Positions 58,092-64,000 of a stretch of DNA of 64,000 nt are shown piece by piece. Origin of the DNA: Nitrospirota bacterium (GTDB taxonomy: Bacteria > Nitrospirota > Thermodesulfovibrionia > Thermodesulfovibrionales > JdFR-86); NCBI GenBank assembly GCA_963721805.1, contig CAVRJY010000001.1, positions 1,376,001 to 1,440,000 of the forward strand, written 5' to 3'. Below the pieces are notes generated by a model. That model saw only the letters and a program-made list of their open reading frames with translations, searched no databases and had not been told where the DNA came from. Both the position numbers and the translations under genes were made by a program. The stretch's first letter is position 1, and each line of letters begins with the position of its first letter.

Positions 58092-58781
58092 CTATTTTTT
58101 GTCCCCTTCCATAGCCTTTTCCGCCTTCTCCAGATCTACGAGCCGCTTGCTGGCAAATTTAGCCTCCGCAGAGTCCGGAAACAGGTTTATCACCGTCTGA
58201 TAACCCTTGCGCGCCTCATCGAATTCTTTTTTGCCGAACTTGGCTTCGCTGTAATAGTACATGAAATAAGCAGGCTCGGCGTTGCCGGTCTCGACGTATT
58301 TCTTGATATACGGCTGGAGGAACCTGATGAGGCGGTCCCACTGTTTGTATTGATCGTACGACCGCACCATGAAATCGTTAATCGTAACCATCATGCGGGG
58401 CTTGGGATAGTTCTTCGAGTATTCGGCGTAGTACCGCTCCGCGTCGTCAAAGTCCGGCGGCCAGGGGTCTCGGATGCTGCTCTTTATCAGCCTGTAATAG
58501 CTCTCCTCGGCATAATACGAATCCGGGTAGTCCTTTATGATCCGTTTATACTTTTCGTTAAGCTGGGCGGCGACCTCATGCGCCGGAACATTGGTGATCA
58601 TGTCCAGGATCGCAGTGTAACTTTCAAGCGAGCGCTTGTCCTGCTCCTGGATCGGCATCGGGGACAGCTGCCCGGACGCAGGCGCCTGCTTGGGCGGCGC
58701 GGGCGCGGTTGCGCATGACGCGAGCACCGACAAACCCAGCACTGCCAGCGCAAGCCTCTTTAAGCTGAGAGCGATATCCAT
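58092..58781 (-). CDS. Lipoprotein with TPR-like (BamD/CpoB-like) helices
   Basis: Lipobox LAS-C; YPDS..A and FPDS..A motifs; TAATG overlap with the upstream gene. Confidence 0.75.
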   Translation of the reverse strand: MDIALSLKRLALAVLGLSVLASCATAPAPPKQAPASGQLSPMPIQEQDKRSLESYTAILDMITNVPAHEVAAQLNEKYKRIIKDYPDSYYAEESYYRLIKSSIRDPWPPDFDDAERYYAEYSKNYPKPRMMVTINDFMVRSYDQYKQWDRLIRFLQPYIKKYVETGNAEPAYFMYYYSEAKFGKKEFDEARKGYQTVINLFPDSAEAKFASKRLVDLEKAEKAMEGDKK

Positions 58782-59680
58782 TATTTGTTCTCCTTGGCTG
58801 CGGTATTGGCGTCCTGTACGCAGCGGAACCCCACGGCGTCGTTCAGGGCCGTCGGGATGCTGAAGTTGCGGATCGCGACCCTCAGGGTGTAAGGGCTGTT
58901 GAACCACGAACCGCCGCGCAGGACCTTCGCGGTCCCGCTCGCCGGGCCCTTCGGGTTATCCGCTGGCGAGCCGCTGTAGTAGCCCTTGTCATACCAGTCA
59001 GAGCACCACTCCCATACGTTCCCGGCCGTGTCATAAAGCCCGTAGCCGTTGTCGTGGTAGTTGCCGACGCGCTCGGTGGGGGCCGGCCTCTGGTTGTCCC
59101 GCCAGGTTCGGCCGAAGATCACGCCGCCTGTGGGTATCTCGTTACCCCACGGGTACGCCTTGCCATCGAGCCCCCCGCGCGCGGCCTTCTCCCATTCGGC
59201 CTCGGTCGGCAGCCGCTTGCCTGCCCATTCGCAGTATGCCTTCGCCCCCTCCCAGCTTACGGTCATGACAGGCATGTTCTCGAAGCCTTCGAAGGCGCGG
59301 TATTTGCCGTCCTCGATGATAATCTCGGTCGGCCACCAGCCGGCACGCTGCGGGTCGTCGAGGTCGCTCCTCAACACAACCCATTTAAGGCGCTTGCCGT
59401 CAGGGCCCTCGCCGGGCTTGACGTCGTTTAGGAAAGCCGAGTAAAGCTTGTTCGTGACCTCGTAGCGGTCCGCATAGAATGCGCCGGTGCTGACCTTGTG
59501 CGCTGGCGCTATAACCTTGAGGTCGGCGTCGTCGCTGCCCATCATGAAGGGGCCCTCGGGTATGTAGCGCATCTCGGCCCCGTCCTTGCCGGTGTAAGCC
59601 TTCGGCGCGTCCCCGCCCATGCAGGTGGAGGATGCCGCAAGCGCGGCCATTAAGACGCTTATCAGTATAAAGTGTTTCAT
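58781..59680 (-). CDS. Exported FGE-sulfatase (SUMF1) domain protein
   Basis: Signal peptide; F.MGS, EVTN..Y, RLPTEAEWEKAARGG, GNVWEW, RGGSW, GFRC. Confidence 0.9.
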   Translation of the reverse strand: MKHFILISVLMAALAASSTCMGGDAPKAYTGKDGAEMRYIPEGPFMMGSDDADLKVIAPAHKVSTGAFYADRYEVTNKLYSAFLNDVKPGEGPDGKRLKWVVLRSDLDDPQRAGWWPTEIIIEDGKYRAFEGFENMPVMTVSWEGAKAYCEWAGKRLPTEAEWEKAARGGLDGKAYPWGNEIPTGGVIFGRTWRDNQRPAPTERVGNYHDNGYGLYDTAGNVWEWCSDWYDKGYYSGSPADNPKGPASGTAKVLRGGSWFNSPYTLRVAIRNFSIPTALNDAVGFRCVQDANTAAKENK

Positions 59681-59688
59681 AATCTCCG

Positions 59689-61053
59689 TTAGGACGTGAT
59701 GCCGTAGTCCCTTATCTTGGTAAGCAAAGTCTTGTAGCTGACGGACAGCGCCTCGGCGGCGCGCGTCCTGTTCCAGCCGGTCTCTTGCAGCGCCTTGCGT
59801 ATGCGGGCGCTCTCGGCGGCCGTGACGGCCTCGCGGGCGACCTCTTCGAGCGTGCCGGCGAGGTTGTCCCAGTGCCGCCGCCCCCCCGCGGAGGTCTCCG
59901 GGGCGATATGCGCCGGCATTATCATATCCCCGTCACATAATATTACTGCACGCTCTATGGCGTTTTCAAGCTCGCGGACATTGCCTTTCCATACATGGCG
60001 TCCGAGGAGTTTGACGGCCTCGGGGTCGAGTTTCTTCGGCCTCACGCCGAGGCGGCGAGAGTATTTTTCGGTGAAGTGCATGGCCAGAAGGGGTATGTCC
60101 TCCGGCCGTTCCCTCAGCGGAGGGATCCGCAGCGGGAAGACGTTGAGCCTGTAATAGAGGTCTTCCCTGAAGGTCCTGGCAGCTATGGCCTGGGTCAGGT
60201 CGCGGTTGCTCGCGGCGATAACGCGTATGTCCACCTTGACCGCGCGAGTGCCCCCGACTCGCTCGACCTCGCCCTCCTGTATGGCCCGCAGCAGCTTGGC
60301 TTGAAGTGTCACGTCCATCTCGCCGACCTCGTCGAGGAAGACGGTGCCCATGTGCGCCAGCTCGAATTTGCCGGGCTTTCTGGCCTCGGCCCCCGAAAAC
60401 GCGCCCTTCTCGTATCCGAACAGCTCGCTTTCGAGCAGGTCGCGAGGTATCGCTGCGCAGTTGATCGGTACGAATGGATAGTCGCGGCGCAGGCTCAGGT
60501 TGTGAATCGCACGCGCGAACAGCTCCTTGCCCGTTCCGCTCTCTCCAAGCAGCAGCACGGTGGTCTTGGCGGGCGCGACGCGCTGGCACTGCCGTGCAAG
60601 CTCGAGCACGCCCTCGCTGCGGCCGATTATGTCCGGCAGGCCCACCGCCCTGGAGAGCTCGTCCTTTAACAGCAGGTTCTCGGCCTGGAGCCTCCGGGTG
60701 TCGAGCGCGCGCCTTACGAGCATCAGCAGATGGTCGATGTCAAACGGCTTGGTGATGAAGTCAAACGCGCCTTCCTTCATCGCGCTAACGGCGGCGTTGA
60801 CCGAGCCGTGCGCGGTCATCACTATCACGGGCCTCAGCGGGGAGTCCTCCTTCGAGGCGCGCAGCACCTCGATCCCGTCCCGTCCCGGGAGCCGAAGGTC
60901 GGTAATCACCATATCGGCGTTGCACTTTTTTACGGCGTTTACGGCCTCGCTGCCGTCGGATGCGATTATGGCCTCATACCCCTCGCCTTGCAGGGCCTCG
61001 CGGAGCATCAGGGCCATGGATTCCTTGTCCTCGGCTATGAGGATAGTTTGCAT
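59689..61053 (-). CDS. Sigma54-dependent NtrC-family response regulator
   Basis: REC (TDLRLP), [30 protein letters not shown]. Confidence 0.94.
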   Translation of the reverse strand: MQTILIAEDKESMALMLREALQGEGYEAIIASDGSEAVNAVKKCNADMVITDLRLPGRDGIEVLRASKEDSPLRPVIVMTAHGSVNAAVSAMKEGAFDFITKPFDIDHLLMLVRRALDTRRLQAENLLLKDELSRAVGLPDIIGRSEGVLELARQCQRVAPAKTTVLLLGESGTGKELFARAIHNLSLRRDYPFVPINCAAIPRDLLESELFGYEKGAFSGAEARKPGKFELAHMGTVFLDEVGEMDVTLQAKLLRAIQEGEVERVGGTRAVKVDIRVIAASNRDLTQAIAARTFREDLYYRLNVFPLRIPPLRERPEDIPLLAMHFTEKYSRRLGVRPKKLDPEAVKLLGRHVWKGNVRELENAIERAVILCDGDMIMPAHIAPETSAGGRRHWDNLAGTLEEVAREAVTAAESARIRKALQETGWNRTRAAEALSVSYKTLLTKIRDYGITS

Positions 61054-61093
61054 AATTTAGTTTACCATACGCCTTTTGTTATAAAATAACGCT

Positions 61094-62026
61094 ATGCCAT
61101 ACGCGGTGCTCGATCTAGGCTCGAATTCCGTAAGGCTCCTGATAGGGGAGGTCATACGCGGGCGCATTGCGCCGAAACTCTACGAGCGCGCGGTCACGCG
61201 CATCTCGGCCGGAATGGCATCTACGGGGATGCTGGGCGAGGGGCCGATGCACAGGACGCTGGAGGTCCTGCGCGGCTTCAGGCGCATAATCGAGGCCGAG
61301 GGCGCGACCCTCTCTGATGCGGCCGGGACCAGCGCGCTTCGGGAGGCCGGAAACTCAGCCGAATTCCTTGAGCGGGCGAGAGCCGAGACAGGCATCGCCA
61401 TCAGGGTGATCAGCGGCGAAGAGGAGGCCAGGCTCACCGCGCTGGGCGTCGTCTCTTCGCTTGAGCCGATGCCCTCGGCCATGATCGCTGATATAGGCGG
61501 CGGCAGCACAGAGATGGCGCTCATGAGGGGCCGCGAACTCATTGCCTCGATCTCCGAGCCTGTGGGCGCCGTGGGTCTGATAGAGCGGCATATCAAGTCC
61601 GACCCTCCTGCGCGGGCCGAGCTTGACTCGCTTCGCGCGGAATGCGAGGCCGCGGCGACACGGTTCCGCGCCGCACTGGGTGCCCCGGAGCCGGGCATGA
61701 GGCTGGTCGGCACCGCCGGGACGATGTCGACGATCGCGGCTATGGACCTCGGGCTCGGCCGCTACGAGCGCGACCGCGTGCACGGCCATACGGTTGCGCT
61801 CGGCAGGATCAGGGAAATGTTCGGCCGCACCACGGCCATGCCGCTTCGAGAGAGGCTCCTGATTAAGGGCCTCGAACCCGGCAGGACGGACTTGATTATG
61901 GCCGGATTAACACTTACAATATGCCTGATGGAGACATTCGGCTTTAAGGATCTGCTTATAAGCGATTCCGGACTGCTCGAGGGGCTTCTGACCAATTCGA
62001 CTCCGGGGGGTGGAATATCAGCCTGA
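61094..62026 (+). CDS. Ppx/GppA family phosphatase (short form)
   Basis: DLGSNSVRL, GTSALREA.N, SGEEEA, DIGGGSTE, GLLEG. Confidence 0.92.
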   Translation: MPYAVLDLGSNSVRLLIGEVIRGRIAPKLYERAVTRISAGMASTGMLGEGPMHRTLEVLRGFRRIIEAEGATLSDAAGTSALREAGNSAEFLERARAETGIAIRVISGEEEARLTALGVVSSLEPMPSAMIADIGGGSTEMALMRGRELIASISEPVGAVGLIERHIKSDPPARAELDSLRAECEAAATRFRAALGAPEPGMRLVGTAGTMSTIAAMDLGLGRYERDRVHGHTVALGRIREMFGRTTAMPLRERLLIKGLEPGRTDLIMAGLTLTICLMETFGFKDLLISDSGLLEGLLTNSTPGGGISA

Positions 62027-63384
62027 TCGGCAAGCTTTTCGGGGGCAAGGTGACCGTCCCTTTTCTGGATTACCTGGACGACCCGGTCGCGCTGCTCTCC
62101 AGGGACGGACAGGTCGCGGACGCCAACAGCGCCTTTATCTCGCTGTGCAAGCTGCCGAGGTCGCAGGCGATCGGCAGCGACAGCCGGGGCGTCGAGCCGC
62201 TGAGCCTCTGCTGGCCCCTGATAACCTCCGCGCTCCTGCACCGCAAGGAGCAGCGCGACAGGCTGAAGTTCGAAGACGCGGTGCTCGACATTACCGTAAA
62301 ACCGGTCCTTGACGGGGAGATCACGCAGTACGTGCTCGTGCTCATACACGACGTCACGGACGCGGTGCGCCTCGACGAGGACCTCAGGAAACGCAACCAG
62401 GAACTGATCGTCATGAACACGCTCTCGACGGCATTCATCGGGGCCGACAACATCGAGGCGGTCTTCGGCGACCTGCTCGAGAAGGTCCTCCTCGTCTCCG
62501 GCATGGAGATGGGCTGGATAACCGTGCTGGACTCCGAAGGGAAATATGCGGTCAAGGGGATCGCTGGATTCCCGGACTCCTTCGGCGCGACGATCGAGGA
62601 CGAGACCTTCGGGCCGATCTACGAAAACGCCTCGCGCTCCGCCAAGCCCATCCACGTCCTCGAAAAAGACGACATAAGGAACATCCCCTTTCTCGAACGC
62701 GAAGGCGTCGCGATGATCGCGATGATCCCGCTGCGGGCGGGGGGCGGGGGGACCATTGGGTTCATGGGGCTGGCGACAAGGAACGAAAAATCTTTCGACT
62801 ACGACATCGCGGCCACCTTTTCGAGCATCGGAAACCATATCTCGCTGATAGCCGAAAAGATCATGCTCTTTCAGGAGACTCAGCGGCTCTCGGTCACGGA
62901 CGCCCTGACAGGGCTCTTTAACTCGAGGTATTTTTACCACTGCCTCGATTCCGAGATATCGCGCTCCAAGCGGTACCACGAGCGGTTCTCCGTGGTGCTC
63001 TTTGACGTCGATAACTTCAAGGCCTTCAACGACCGTTACGGCCACCAGAGCGGCGACGAGGTGCTCGTCGAGATCGCGGCGCACATGCGCACGATATCGC
63101 GCAACTCCGACGTGCTCTCAAGGTACGGCGGCGAGGAGTTCATCATGCTCCTGCCGCACACCGCGAAGGACGAGGCCGTGACGCTTGCCAACAGGCTTAT
63201 GCAGGCCATCGGTAGCCGCAAGTTCCTTGGCTCGCGCGCCATGCAGGTGACGATCAGCGGCGGCGTCTCGACATATCCCGAGGACGCCGAGGAGGCCAAG
63301 GCGCTGCTGTATGCGTCGGACATGGCGATGTACGAGGCCAAGGAGAAAGGGAAGAAGCAGATATGCGCTTACAAGGCGAAATGA
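62017..63384 (+). CDS. PAS-GAF-GGDEF diguanylate cyclase; start uncertain (ATC 62017 or GTG 62050)
   Basis: D.LTGLFN, DVDNFK..ND.YGH..GD, RxxD I-site (RNSD), RYGGEEF. Confidence 0.9.
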   Translation: MSLIGKLFGGKVTVPFLDYLDDPVALLSRDGQVADANSAFISLCKLPRSQAIGSDSRGVEPLSLCWPLITSALLHRKEQRDRLKFEDAVLDITVKPVLDGEITQYVLVLIHDVTDAVRLDEDLRKRNQELIVMNTLSTAFIGADNIEAVFGDLLEKVLLVSGMEMGWITVLDSEGKYAVKGIAGFPDSFGATIEDETFGPIYENASRSAKPIHVLEKDDIRNIPFLEREGVAMIAMIPLRAGGGGTIGFMGLATRNEKSFDYDIAATFSSIGNHISLIAEKIMLFQETQRLSVTDALTGLFNSRYFYHCLDSEISRSKRYHERFSVVLFDVDNFKAFNDRYGHQSGDEVLVEIAAHMRTISRNSDVLSRYGGEEFIMLLPHTAKDEAVTLANRLMQAIGSRKFLGSRAMQVTISGGVSTYPEDAEEAKALLYASDMAMYEAKEKGKKQICAYKAK

Positions 63385-64000
63385 ACCTCAAGAAGGTCTT
63401 CGGGAGGCCGGCCTCGCTGAAGCCCGCGCCGTTTCGGTTCTGCCCCGGCTGCGGCCACAGCATCGCGCACCGCCTGGTCGCCGAGTGCGTCGACGAGCTG
63501 GGCATCCGCGAGCGTACGATAGGCATCGCACCGGTCGGCTGTGCGGTCTTCGCTTACGACTATTTCGATTTCGACATGATCGAGGTCGCGCACGGCCGCC
63601 CGCCGGCGGCAGCGACCGGGATGAAGCGCATGCTGCCGGACAACGTAATCTTCTCATACCAGGGCGACGGGGACCTCGCGGCAATAGGGATGGGCGAGAT
63701 CATACATGCCGCCGCACGCGGCGAGAACATATCGTTTTTCTTCATCAACAACGCGACATACGGCATGACCGGCGGGCAGATGGCCCCAACCACCTTGCAG
63801 GGCCAGGTGACGACCACCACCCCCCGGGGGCGCGACTCGGGCTTTCCGCTTCGGATCTCGGAGCTGCTGAGCGTCATAGAGGGCGCATCATACATAGAAC
63901 GCGTATCGCTTGACTCGGCGGCGAACATCAAGGCCGCGCGCCGGGCGGTGGAGAAGTCCTTCCGCTATCAGCTCGCGGGCCGCGGCTTCTCGCTCGTCGA
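63381..64000 (+). CDS. 2-oxoacid:ferredoxin oxidoreductase beta subunit (ThDP-binding); runs off the window edge
   Basis: Not in the ORF track. Hand translation from ATG 63381 gives FCPGCGH, PVGC, HGR, YQGDGDLAAIG, NNATYGMTGGQMAPTT. Confidence 0.92.
   Translation, partial: MNLKKVFGRPASLKPAPFRFCPGCGHSIAHRLVAECVDELGIRERTIGIAPVGCAVFAYDYFDFDMIEVAHGRPPAAATGMKRMLPDNVIFSYQGDGDLAAIGMGEIIHAAARGENISFFFINNATYGMTGGQMAPTTLQGQVTTTTPRGRDSGFPLRISELLSVIEGASYIERVSLDSAANIKAARRAVEKSFRYQLAGRGFSLV

Noticed and set aside
63381..64000. Orphan oxidoreductase beta subunit without an alpha subunit
   Set aside because: The gene is cut by the window edge and partner subunits may follow, so this cannot be judged.

Overview
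A gene-dense, GC-rich bacterial chromosomal segment with about 57 protein-coding genes. No rRNA, tRNA, CRISPR array, transposase or prophage is visible. Gene content points to an anaerobe resembling Nitrospirota (Thermodesulfovibrionia) or Desulfobacterota; this is inference only. Most of the window is housekeeping: serS, uvrA, queE, acpS/pdxJ, LPS heptosyltransferases, folE/folD/metVF with cooC, guaA, ispA/dxs/tlyA, pssA/psd, ilvC, panD/gatC/pcrA, glmU/glmS. Five things stand out. (1) A 7-gene nucleotide-sugar-like cluster at 6.6-13.5 kb: deoxyhypusine-synthase-like protein, stand-alone nucleotidyltransferase, degenerate-nucleotidyltransferase/PfkB kinase fusion, two paralogous radical SAM enzymes and a split transketolase. 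This is my best candidate for an undescribed pathway. (2) A sigma54/IHF-controlled operon (two Gly-rich membrane paralogs, NrfD, Tat-exported NrfC-like Fe-S protein, triheme c7 cytochrome) converging on a heme-c sensor kinase and NtrC-type regulator. (3) About 18 genes with a -10 box only 5-9 nt before the start codon, suggesting widespread leaderless mRNAs. (4) Two degenerate signalling proteins: a His-less heme-c kinase and an Asp-less receiver-TM-SPOR fusion. (5) Reading-frame oddities: a metV frameshift, an in-frame metV-metF junction, and probable CTG and ATC starts. All family assignments come from motif recognition by eye; no searches were run.
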